DNA from: a virus
Taxonomy: Duplodnaviria > Caudoviricetes
Direction: 5' to 3' (one strand)
Virus record (IMG/VR): IMGVR_UViG_3300021356_000106
Span: 1-30,419 of that record
Length of the DNA: 30,419 bases
In this document: in pieces, positions 19,024 through 27,211 of the stretch
How positions within the stretch are numbered: the first letter of the stretch is position 1
Layout of the letters: the number at the start of each line of letters is the position of its first letter
The notes under the pieces: model-generated
The model's database searches: none
What the model was told of the DNA's origin: nothing
What the model saw: only the letters and a program-made list of their open reading frames with translations
Made by a program: the position numbers and the translations under genes

Positions 19024-20214
19024 ATGAATGAAGTGAAAATATCAACCCAAAATATTGTCAAGAAATTGATATCAACATATCCTGACCAGACGCAGTTCAG
19101 GAAGAACGTTATTGTGGACACAGCCAAGTCCATGGGCTATAGAGGCCCAGATTGGTATGACCTAATCGATGGTGATAATAGAGTCAAGATCGGTACTTAT
19201 GATTTAAGTGCTATGATTGATTCAGTTAAACCTACAATAAGTACGGAAGTGGTAAATACCATGGATCCTGCACCAACAGTTGCAAAGATGCAATCAATTG
19301 TAAACGACGAGAAGTCATTTGCCAAAGTTGACCCAACCTTTGTCCCTTGGGGCGCCTTTTCGGATATTGTTAAAATCATCAAGTCCGAGATGTTCTATCC
19401 CGTCTACATTTCTGGTTTATCAGGTAATGGTAAAACCTTCATGGTCGAACAAGCGGCGGCCAAACTTAACAGAGAATTCATCAGGGTGCAGATTAACCCA
19501 GAAACTGATGAAGATGATTTACTAGGTGGATTCAGACTTATCAATGGCGAGACTGTGTTTTCTAAAGGCCCAGTACTCAAGGCTATGGAGAATGGAGCAA
19601 TCCTTCTACTGGATGAAATCGACAGGGCTACTAATAAAATCATGTGCCTTCAAGGTATCCTAGAAGGTAAACCAGTCCTAGTCAAAAAGACTGGAGAAAC
19701 AATTACTCCAGCCCCTGGATTCAACGTAATCGCGACGGCCAATACCAAGGGTAAAGGTTCGGATGATGGCAGGTTCACAGCGGCTTCTATTATTGACGAT
19801 GCCTTCTTGGAAAGATTTACAGTGGCCGTTGACCAACAATTCCCTTCACAGGCTATAGAAAAGAAAATTATCAACAAACATATGGAAAAGTTTGATATGG
19901 TTGACACAGACTTTTCTGAGAACCTTGTGGCATGGGCAGATATCATCAGGAAGACATTCTATGATGACGGAGTGGATGAGGTTATTTCAACCAGAAGGCT
20001 CTGTCACATTGTCCAAACCTTCTCGATCTTCAAAGATAAAATGAAGTCCATCGACCTATGTATTGCAAGGTTTGACGATGATACAAAACTTGCCTTCTTG
20101 GATCTTTACAGTAAAGTGGATTCGGGGGTAAATTTCAATGATGATGAACCACCTTTATCTGCCTACGATGATTTTGCTAAAGAGGAGGAGCAGTTTACAA
20201 ACAATGGATCATAA
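19024..20214 (+). CDS. MoxR-family AAA+ ATPase (phage 'CobS'-like)
   Basis: GLSGNGKT Walker A, ETDEDDLLGG, LLLDEID Walker B, ATANTKG, AFLERF, ISTRRL. Confidence 0.9.
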   Translation: MNEVKISTQNIVKKLISTYPDQTQFRKNVIVDTAKSMGYRGPDWYDLIDGDNRVKIGTYDLSAMIDSVKPTISTEVVNTMDPAPTVAKMQSIVNDEKSFAKVDPTFVPWGAFSDIVKIIKSEMFYPVYISGLSGNGKTFMVEQAAAKLNREFIRVQINPETDEDDLLGGFRLINGETVFSKGPVLKAMENGAILLLDEIDRATNKIMCLQGILEGKPVLVKKTGETITPAPGFNVIATANTKGKGSDDGRFTAASIIDDAFLERFTVAVDQQFPSQAIEKKIINKHMEKFDMVDTDFSENLVAWADIIRKTFYDDGVDEVISTRRLCHIVQTFSIFKDKMKSIDLCIARFDDDTKLAFLDLYSKVDSGVNFNDDEPPLSAYDDFAKEEEQFTNNGS

Positions 20215-20497
20215 AAAAATTAATTATAAGTTTAATGAGGGAGCTCTATGTGAAGAGCTCCTTGGTTATATAAGTAAAACCTATGACGGCCACTACAGCA
20301 AGAATAAATTTCAATCTACTGAATTTATTATTGATTGTGGACACGGTATGGGATTTGCTCTAGGGAATGTGCTTAAGTATACACAACGATACGGCAAGAA
20401 GGACGGATATAATAGGGCTGACCTATTAAAGATACTACACTACGCTATCATTGCTCTTAATGTACATGATGAATATCACAAAGACCTTGACAAATAA
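20204..20497 (+). CDS. DUF3310-like protein (T7 gp1.7 nucleotide-kinase-related family)
   Basis: HY..., GFALGNVLKYTQRYGKKDG..DLLKILHY; probable ATG at 20204. Confidence 0.65.
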   Translation: MDHKKINYKFNEGALCEELLGYISKTYDGHYSKNKFQSTEFIIDCGHGMGFALGNVLKYTQRYGKKDGYNRADLLKILHYAIIALNVHDEYHKDLDK

Positions 20498-20515
20498 GGT
20501 AATGCGTGGTATAAT
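20487..20515 (+). promoter_or_regulatory. sigma70 consensus promoter for gp45
   Basis: TTGACA-17-TATAAT with TGn. Confidence 0.85.
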
Positions 20516-20542
20516 ATTAACTATTGAAATGAAGGAGAATAT

Positions 20543-21214
20543 ATGATTATTTCAGACGATACCTTAAAGGTATTACAAAACTTTGCTAGTGTTAATCCTA
20601 ACCTAGTGCTTAAACCTGGCCAGAAAGTGAAAACAATTTCAGAGGCCAAGAATATCATGGCCATTGCTGATATCACTGAGGACTTTCCACTGGAGTTCGG
20701 AGTCTATGACTTAAACGAATTCTTGTCAGTCCATGGTCTTATCGAGAATGCTTCCTTATCGTTTGATGACAAGTCTTTGACTATGTCTAATGGCGATCAG
20801 AAGATTAAATATTATTTTGCTGAGACAGAAATCCTTACACAGCCACAAAAGGACATTACAATGCCTAATGCTGAAGTAGGGGTTACACTTAGTGAAAAAG
20901 TACTTGATCAAATCAAGAAGGCCGCATCAGTGCTAGGTCACATGGAATTATCACTTAGTGGTGAGAATGGTGTGGTTACAGCAAGTGTCTTAGACGTTAA
21001 AGACTCTACTGCTAATACATTTGATATTGTGGTAGACAAAGACAATAACTGTAAAGAACCATTTACATTTGTGGTCAACATTCCAAATCTAAAATTACTA
21101 CCAGGTGATTATTTTGTCTCAATCAGCTCTAAGTTGATTTCAAACTGGCAGAATACTAATTATCCAATAGAATATTTTATTGCCTTGGAAAGAACTAGTA
21201 CTTATGGTGTATAA
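20543..21214 (+). CDS. gp45: Sliding clamp
   Basis: LKVLQNFASVN, FGVYDLNEFL, NLKLLPGDY, YFIALE. Confidence 0.93.
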   Translation: MIISDDTLKVLQNFASVNPNLVLKPGQKVKTISEAKNIMAIADITEDFPLEFGVYDLNEFLSVHGLIENASLSFDDKSLTMSNGDQKIKYYFAETEILTQPQKDITMPNAEVGVTLSEKVLDQIKKAASVLGHMELSLSGENGVVTASVLDVKDSTANTFDIVVDKDNNCKEPFTFVVNIPNLKLLPGDYFVSISSKLISNWQNTNYPIEYFIALERTSTYGV

Positions 21215-21315
21215 ATATAAGTACATTAACGAATCTCCCATTTTAAATGATGGGGATAATGTGGAGAGTGCCGAAGGTCGGGCTCTCTTAAATTAGTCTA
21301 AACTTTGCAAAGGAG
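21210..21315 (+). promoter_or_regulatory. Late promoter (21210-21217) plus structured 5' leader
   Basis: TATAAATA followed by two hairpins (~21223-21262 and 21264-21287) and SD AAGGAG. Confidence 0.7.
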
Positions 21316-21321
21316 AAGAAA

Positions 21322-21573
21322 ATGACTGAAGAAGTAAACGCAGTAGAAACTGCAGAAACAGAGGCACCTCAACTGTCTCTACAAGACATCGCAACGATGG
21401 TACAAATTATTGACGTTTGTTCCAAGCGTGGTGGCTTTGAAGGACCTGAACTAGAAGCAGTCGGTTCATTGAGAAATAGAGTAGTGAAATTTTTAAATGC
21501 AGCTGCTCCTAAAGATGGCGAAACACCGGAAGGTGAATTACCTGTCGAAGAAGAAGATTCAGCAGAATCTTAA
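21322..21573 (+). CDS. Hypothetical acidic helical protein
   Basis: 83 aa, LSLQDIATMVQIIDVCSKRGGFEGPEL core; has its own promoter and downstream hairpin. Confidence 0.85.
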   Translation: MTEEVNAVETAETEAPQLSLQDIATMVQIIDVCSKRGGFEGPELEAVGSLRNRVVKFLNAAAPKDGETPEGELPVEEEDSAES

Positions 21574-21579
21574 TCTCAG

Positions 21580-21606
21580 GGGGAGGGCAACCTCCCCTTC
21601 ATTTTT
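21580..21606 (+). terminator. GNRA-capped hairpin / probable terminator
   Basis: GGGGAGG-GCAA-CCTCCCC followed by ttcattttt. Confidence 0.7.
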
Positions 21607-21623
21607 GAATAAAAGGAAATATT

Positions 21624-21707
21624 ATGGAAATGCTAATTGGTATGCTACTTGTGACAGGAGTGTGTGCACAAATTCTTGCAGTATATATTACCCTAATCAC
21701 AGAGTAA
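21624..21707 (+). CDS. Putative 27-aa single-pass membrane peptide
   Basis: MEMLIGMLLVTGVCAQILAVYITLITE; SD AAGGA; fills the gap before 21726. Confidence 0.5.
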   Translation: MEMLIGMLLVTGVCAQILAVYITLITE

Positions 21708-21725
21708 ATTTAAGGAACTTATATT

Positions 21726-21983
21726 ATGGATAGAAATGAAACATCTCGCCTCATTGAGGCTCTCAAACGTGGTACTGTAACAGTTACCTTCAATAAAATC
21801 AATACCGGCGAAGTCCGTGTGATGCCATGTACTCTTAATGAAACAGTACTGGAAGCACATGGAGTAAAGACCGCAATTAAAGAAATTAGTCCCGACTCTG
21901 ATCATTTGGCAGCATGGGCTCTCGACAAGGAGGCTTGGAGGTCTTTCCGACTTTCCACAGTTACTGGTTGGGAGGTACTCTAA
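21726..21983 (+). CDS. Small SH3/WYL-like domain protein
   Basis: VTFNKINTGEVRVMPCTL...AWALDKEAWRSFR pattern. Confidence 0.75.
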   Translation: MDRNETSRLIEALKRGTVTVTFNKINTGEVRVMPCTLNETVLEAHGVKTAIKEISPDSDHLAAWALDKEAWRSFRLSTVTGWEVL

Positions 21984-22918
21984 TGGATGATTTTTTATGG
22001 GTAGAGAAGTATCGACCACAAAAAATTGACGATTGTATTTTACCTACATCAATCAAGAAAACATTTAAAGATATTGTTAAAGGAGGTGACCTACACAATA
22101 TGCTTTTAACCGGTACAGCCGGTACAGGTAAGACAACAATTGCCAAGGCCTTGTGTAATGAGCTCGATCTTGACTTTCTACTGATTAATGGATCAGAAGA
22201 ATCAGGTATTGATACACTCCGAAATAAAATTAAGAAGTTTGCCTCATCCGTCTCCCTACAGGGTGGCTATAAAGTAGTGATACTTGATGAGGCCGACTAC
22301 CTTAATCCACAATCAACCCAACCTGCATTACGTGGCTTTATAGAAGAATTTAGTGCGAACTGTAGGTTTATATTAACGTGTAATTTTAAGAATAGAATCA
22401 TTGAGCCTCTACACAGTAGGTGTTCTGTTATTGAATTTAATATGTCAAAGAAGGATTCTGGCACACTCTGTGCAGAGTTTCTGAAACGTATACAGTTCAT
22501 CCTAGACACAGAGAAGGTATCATATGAGGTTCCTGTTATTGCAGAACTTATTATGAAACACATGCCTGACTGGCGCAGGGTACTAAATGAATTACAACGA
22601 TATTCAGTTTCAGGTACTATTGATACAGGTATATTGGTTACCCTATCTGATATATCAGTTAATGAATTAATGAGTTCACTTAAACGCAAAGACTTTAAAA
22701 AGATGCGTCAATGGGTTGCAGATAACATTGACACTGAACCAGCTGCTGTATTTCGTAAGATATATGATAATATGGGAGAACATGTTGAACCAACATCTAT
22801 TCCACAGCTAGTACTCATTCTTGCTGACTATCAGTATAAGAATGCATTTGTTGCTGACCACGAACTAAACCTCGTGGCATGTTGCACAGAAATTATGGCT
22901 GGAGTAAAATTTAAATGA
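21983..22918 (+). CDS. gp44: Clamp loader large subunit
   Basis: LWVEKYRP, GTAGTGKTT, ILDEAD, PLHSRC; ATG at 21983 after GGAGG (TAATG overlap). Confidence 0.95.
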   Translation: MDDFLWVEKYRPQKIDDCILPTSIKKTFKDIVKGGDLHNMLLTGTAGTGKTTIAKALCNELDLDFLLINGSEESGIDTLRNKIKKFASSVSLQGGYKVVILDEADYLNPQSTQPALRGFIEEFSANCRFILTCNFKNRIIEPLHSRCSVIEFNMSKKDSGTLCAEFLKRIQFILDTEKVSYEVPVIAELIMKHMPDWRRVLNELQRYSVSGTIDTGILVTLSDISVNELMSSLKRKDFKKMRQWVADNIDTEPAAVFRKIYDNMGEHVEPTSIPQLVLILADYQYKNAFVADHELNLVACCTEIMAGVKFK

Positions 22919-23301
22919 GCAACCCATTTGATTATGTGAACAGTATTAATATCTCAAAGAAAGATATAATGCACGACGATATATCAGAAAAAAGTTATCC
23001 TGGATTCATGGTTAATAGAGCATTATCATACTTTACTGATACGGTTCTATTTGCCAATGAGATGAATATTAACCACCATATAGACAATAAGCTTCAATAT
23101 CATTTTCTTATAAATATAATTAAGAAGAAGAAAAGGTTTTCAAAGTGGCTCAAACCACAAGAGGTTGAAAACCTAGAGCTCATTAAAGAATATTATGGGT
23201 ATAGCAATGAAAAGGCTAAATCCGTTTTACCATTATTTAATGATGAACATATTGAAACATTGAAACAAAGGATTTATAAAGGTGGAAAACGAAAATATTG
23301 A
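22915..23301 (+). CDS. gp62: Clamp loader small subunit
   Basis: FMVNRALS, KKKRFSKW, KEYYGYSNEKA; follows gp44. Confidence 0.9.
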   Translation: MSNPFDYVNSINISKKDIMHDDISEKSYPGFMVNRALSYFTDTVLFANEMNINHHIDNKLQYHFLINIIKKKKRFSKWLKPQEVENLELIKEYYGYSNEKAKSVLPLFNDEHIETLKQRIYKGGKRKY

Positions 23302-23713
23302 AATCAAAAATTGGGTACCGGCTGATATGCTGGAAATTACCCTTAACGAACCAGACGACTTTTTAAAGATAAGAGAAACATTAACTCGTATTGGAGTCGC
23401 ATCACGTAAAGATCAAAAACTGTATCAGTCTTGTCATATCCTACATAAACAGGGCCGATACTTTATTGTTCATTTTAAAGAACTGTTTTTGTTAGATGGA
23501 AAACCTTCTAACTTAATCGAGAATGACCTACAACGTAGGAACACAATTGCCACGTTATTGCAAGACTGGGGATTAGTAACAATCATCAATCCAGCAACGG
23601 CAACAAGTTTGGCACCATTGCGCCAAATAAAGGTCATTCCGTACAAAGAGAAAGCGCAATGGGAACTGTGTCCGAAATACAACATAGGAAACAGTAATGG
23701 AGAAAAAACTTAA
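23282..23713 (+). CDS. regA: Translational repressor RegA
   Basis: DDFLKIRETLTRIGVAS, LYQSCHILHKQGRYFIVHFKELF. Confidence 0.95.
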   Translation: MENENIEIKNWVPADMLEITLNEPDDFLKIRETLTRIGVASRKDQKLYQSCHILHKQGRYFIVHFKELFLLDGKPSNLIENDLQRRNTIATLLQDWGLVTIINPATATSLAPLRQIKVIPYKEKAQWELCPKYNIGNSNGEKT

Positions 23714-23789
23714 AAAAGCATGGAAAAGATTTCACAAATTTATGAAATCTGGCAGAATACATAAAGTCTGTAACAAATGTTTAAACTAA
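23697..23789 (+). CDS. Putative 30-aa basic peptide
   Basis: MEKKLKKAWKRFHKFMKSGRIHKVCNKCLN; AGGA upstream; overlaps the regA end. Confidence 0.45.
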   Translation: MEKKLKKAWKRFHKFMKSGRIHKVCNKCLN

Positions 23790-23801
23790 CAACGAAAGTT
23801 G

Positions 23802-23868
23802 TATAAATAAAAGTGGATGCCAGATAACTGGGTCCACTTTTTAACCTTGCTAAATATAGGAGGAAGCT
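23802..23868 (+). promoter_or_regulatory. Late promoter plus ROSE-like RNA thermometer leader of hsp20
   Basis: TATAAATA (23802-23809), hairpin 23813-23837, then CCTTGCT-aaatat-AGGAGG pairing over the SD. Confidence 0.7.
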
Positions 23869-24324
23869 ATGGTAAGAAATACTATGAACGTGCCGCGTTC
23901 ACTCTTTATCGGGTTCGAGCCGATACTTAACGAACTTGAAAGAATCCACACAGCTGGTAGAATTCAAGACAACTATCCACCTCACAACGTAGTTAAGGTC
24001 GATGATGAAAATTTTATCATTGAACTGGCCGTTGCAGGATTTTCACAGGATGACATTCTTGTGGAAGTCAAAGATGGTATTCTGTTAATTAAGGCAGAGA
24101 AGTCTGAGAAGGATGAACGTGAATATGCACATAAAGGTATATCGTCCCGCAAGTTTGAGAAGTCCTTCCGACTCTCAGAATTTGTCGTAATAGACGGTGC
24201 CGATCTTGTGGATGGAATACTCGTAGTGAATGCTAGAGTAGAAGTCCCAGAAGAGAGGCGTCCTAGGAAGATCGAAATAGGGTCTGCTGGGGCATCAAAG
24301 AAGAAGGAATTTATTCAAGAATAG
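23869..24324 (+). CDS. hsp20: Small heat shock protein (Hsp20/IbpA-like)
   Basis: NYPPHNVVK, IELAVAGF, HKGISSRKFEKSFRL, DGIL alpha-crystallin motifs. Confidence 0.93.
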   Translation: MVRNTMNVPRSLFIGFEPILNELERIHTAGRIQDNYPPHNVVKVDDENFIIELAVAGFSQDDILVEVKDGILLIKAEKSEKDEREYAHKGISSRKFEKSFRLSEFVVIDGADLVDGILVVNARVEVPEERRPRKIEIGSAGASKKKEFIQE

Positions 24325-24387
24325 ATTCTGGTGAGCAGCGAATACCCAGTAGGTTAAGTAATAAACTAAATTTACTGGAGAAACAAC

Positions 24388-24534
24388 ATGAAGCATATAG
24401 TTCATCTAATGGACAAGTATGAAGACGTTGCCGAGACCTTAAAGACGATTGGAACATTAGTGTTTGTAACAGGAGCAATTATTGGACTAGCGCCAATGCT
24501 GATCGTGATGCAAACCAGTAACTTTCTTCTTTAA
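24388..24534 (+). CDS. Putative 48-aa membrane protein, not in ORF track
   Basis: MKHIVHLMDKYEDVAETLKTIGTLVFVTGAIIGLAPMLIVMQTSNFLL; SD GGAG; one hydrophobic segment. Confidence 0.6.
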   Translation: MKHIVHLMDKYEDVAETLKTIGTLVFVTGAIIGLAPMLIVMQTSNFLL

Positions 24535-24552
24535 GTATTGACACATTCATGC

Positions 24553-24572
24553 GGGGGTAAGCAATTACCCCC
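24553..24572 (+). terminator. GC-rich GNRA hairpin (terminator-like, lacks U-tract)
   Basis: GGGGGTAA-GCAA-TTACCCCC. Confidence 0.5.
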
Positions 24573-24579
24573 AACCTTA

Positions 24580-24627
24580 CGTACATATAAATGTCGACAA
24601 ACTACACTTTTTCGTACATATAAATGT
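24580..24627. repeat. 15-bp direct repeat CGTACATATAAATGT x2
   Basis: Exact copies at 24580-24594 and 24613-24627 (33-bp period). Confidence 0.9.
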
Positions 24628-24636
24628 ATAAAACAC

Positions 24637-24665
24637 TTTACATTGCACTCATTATGTGATATAAT
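24637..24665 (+). promoter_or_regulatory. sigma70-like promoter for gp43
   Basis: TTTACA-17-TATAAT with TGn. Confidence 0.85.
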
Positions 24666-24696
24666 ATACATATTATTAAAAGGTGAATTACTCGTT

Positions 24697-27207
24697 ATGA
24701 AATTCTATACAAACGTAACTCGATATGGCAACATGTTGCTCTATCGTGGCTATGAAAATGGCCAAAAGAAACAAGAAAAAATCAAGTATCAGCCCACTCT
24801 ATTTGTTAATACCCCTAAACCCACTAAATGGAAATCACTATCTGGTGTGCCCGTGGCTCCTATCAAAATGGAATCTATGCGCGATGCCAAAGAATGGATA
24901 AATGAAAACAAGAATACAGCAGGTCGCCTTATCTTTGGCAATGACAGATATATACCTGCATTTATCAATGACGAATTCCCTGGTATTATCGAATGGGATA
25001 GAAACAAGATTAACGTAACATCATTTGATATCGAGGTCGCGTCAGATGAAGGATTCCCAGAACCAGATGCGGCCGAATATCCAGTTATTTCAATTGCTCT
25101 AAAGAACAACATAGACAATACGTATTACGTGTGGGGTCTTAATGACTATGATGTAGAACAATCAATTATGAAAACGCATCGGGTAGTTTACAAGAAGTGC
25201 TCCTCAGAGGCAGAACTTCTATCAGACTTCATATTGCATTGGTCTCTACCTAGTAACTGCCCAGATATCATCACCGGTTGGAACGTCCGATTCTTTGATG
25301 TGCCTTACCTTATTAACCGAACACTTAAAATCCTTGGCGATGATATGGCCAAGAAATTTTCTCCCTGGGGTCTAGTAGACCGATATGATGTCAAGGTCAT
25401 GAACCGAACCCAGGCGACCTATGACCTGAAGGGCATATCCACTATTGATTACCTAGAACTATTCCAGAAATTTGGATACTCTTATGGCAATCAAGAATCT
25501 TACCGACTCGACCATATTGCTAATGTTGTTCTTGGCGAGAAGAAATTGTCATACGAAGAACACGGATCACTACATACTCTATACAAGTTTGACCATCAAA
25601 AATTTATTGACTATAATATCAAAGACGTAGAACTCGTGGATCGCCTTGAGGATAAGATGGGTCTTATCACATTGTGTCTTACTATGGCATATCAGGGTGG
25701 TGTCAACTACTCAGATACTTTCGGAGTTACTGCGATATGGGAATCAATTATCTATCGTTACCTATATGAGAATAAGACTGCAATACCTTTCTTCGATCAG
25801 AAAGTCAAGACCAACTACCCTGGTGGTTATGTAAAAGACCCAGTGGTTGGTCTACACGAAAACGTAGTATCGTTTGACCTTAACTCACTTTACCCATCAC
25901 TGATTATGCAATATAATATGTCGACCGAAACCATTGTAGATGGCGAGGTAATGAATCTTGACATAGAAAAGATATTACAAGGTTACACATTTAAGAACCC
26001 TGGTAAATCAATCGGCGGTAACGGCCAGATGTTTAGAACTGATAAGAAAGGTTTTATGCCAACTCTTGTCGACGGTATGTATAGTGAACGTGTTGGAATT
26101 AAAAAAGAAATGCTCTCGGCACAAAGAGAGTTACAAAAGGTGGATAAAAATGATAAACAAAAACTTTATGATATTGAAAGACGAATCAACATTGCGGAGA
26201 ACAGGCAAATGGCTATTAAAATTCTCCTTAATTCTCTTTATGGTGCTATGGGCAATAAATACTTCAGGTTCTTCGATCAACGTATCGCTGAGGCCATTAC
26301 ATTGTCCGGACAACTTACCATACGTTGGGCCGAAGAGTCAATCAACAAATACCTCAATAAGGTGCTGTCTACGCGAGGAAAGGACTACGTTATTGCCATT
26401 GACACCGACTCGCTGTATGTATGCTTAGATGATTTGGTTAAATTGGTCAACCCTGTCAATACTATTGATTTCTTGGATAAAGTTGCCAGTGAGAAACTAG
26501 AACCAGAACTGGCCAAGTCATATGACAAGTTATTTGAAATGATGGGTGGTATAGAAAATCGCATGGTGATGAAACGAGAAGTGATTGCAGATCGTGCGAT
26601 ATGGACTGCCAAGAAGAGATATATCCTCAATGTGTTTGACAACGAGGGTGTTCGATATGCCGAACCCAAACTCAAAATTATGGGTATCGAGGCAATTAAG
26701 TCATCAACGCCAGAACCATGTCGAGATGCTCTAAAAGAAATTTTTAAAGTGATTATGACTGGTGATGAAGTAAAGACCCAACTATCAATCAAACAATTTA
26801 AACATTACTTCTGTTCACTAAGTGCAGATAAGATTGCATTCCCACGTGGTGTATCCAATGTTTCGGACTACCGAGATGCTGCAACGATATACAGAAAGGG
26901 CACTCCTATACATGTGCGTGCTGCACTACTACACAATCACTTACTCGATAATTATAGTCTAAATAAGAAGTATGAATCAATTAAGAACGGCGAGAAGATT
27001 AAATTTGTATACCTAAAAACCCCTAACAGTTTAAAAGAAAATGTTATTGGATTCACTCAGTATTTGCCAGAAGAATTTGCCTTGTCTAAATATATTGACT
27101 ATGAATTACAATTTGAAAAAACCTTCTTGGCTCCAATCGAACCAATACTTAAATCAATTGGTTGGTCGGCCGAAGAACAGTCGTCTTTGGAAAGTTTTTT
27201 TGGCTAA
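24697..27207 (+). CDS. gp43: Family B DNA polymerase
   Basis: Exonuclease FDIE, GWN..FFD and YNIKD; polymerase DLNSLYPS, KILLNSLYG and DTDS; C-terminal clamp-binding SLESFF. Start MKFYTNV at 24697, downstream of the promoter. Confidence 0.97.
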   Translation: MKFYTNVTRYGNMLLYRGYENGQKKQEKIKYQPTLFVNTPKPTKWKSLSGVPVAPIKMESMRDAKEWINENKNTAGRLIFGNDRYIPAFINDEFPGIIEWDRNKINVTSFDIEVASDEGFPEPDAAEYPVISIALKNNIDNTYYVWGLNDYDVEQSIMKTHRVVYKKCSSEAELLSDFILHWSLPSNCPDIITGWNVRFFDVPYLINRTLKILGDDMAKKFSPWGLVDRYDVKVMNRTQATYDLKGISTIDYLELFQKFGYSYGNQESYRLDHIANVVLGEKKLSYEEHGSLHTLYKFDHQKFIDYNIKDVELVDRLEDKMGLITLCLTMAYQGGVNYSDTFGVTAIWESIIYRYLYENKTAIPFFDQKVKTNYPGGYVKDPVVGLHENVVSFDLNSLYPSLIMQYNMSTETIVDGEVMNLDIEKILQGYTFKNPGKSIGGNGQMFRTDKKGFMPTLVDGMYSERVGIKKEMLSAQRELQKVDKNDKQKLYDIERRINIAENRQMAIKILLNSLYGAMGNKYFRFFDQRIAEAITLSGQLTIRWAEESINKYLNKVLSTRGKDYVIAIDTDSLYVCLDDLVKLVNPVNTIDFLDKVASEKLEPELAKSYDKLFEMMGGIENRMVMKREVIADRAIWTAKKRYILNVFDNEGVRYAEPKLKIMGIEAIKSSTPEPCRDALKEIFKVIMTGDEVKTQLSIKQFKHYFCSLSADKIAFPRGVSNVSDYRDAATIYRKGTPIHVRAALLHNHLLDNYSLNKKYESIKNGEKIKFVYLKTPNSLKENVIGFTQYLPEEFALSKYIDYELQFEKTFLAPIEPILKSIGWSAEEQSSLESFFG

Positions 27208-27211
27208 ACAC

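Noticed and set aside
19024-20214. Calling this gene cobS as a cobalamin-biosynthesis auxiliary gene
   Set aside because: No cobN or other cob genes are present; the motifs support only a generic MoxR AAA+ paired with a VWA protein.
21914-21982. N-terminal extension of gp44
   Set aside because: It overlaps the upstream gene; GGAGG plus ATG at 21983 gives the canonical M..FLWVEKYRP start.
24580-24627. Mini-CRISPR interpretation of the direct repeat
   Set aside because: Only two 15-bp units with an 18-bp spacer, which is too short, and no cas genes are present.
24538-24696. 53-aa N-terminal extension of gp43 from the TTG at 24538
   Set aside because: It spans a hairpin, the direct repeats and the gp43 promoter; the conserved N-terminus starts at MKFYTNV (24697).
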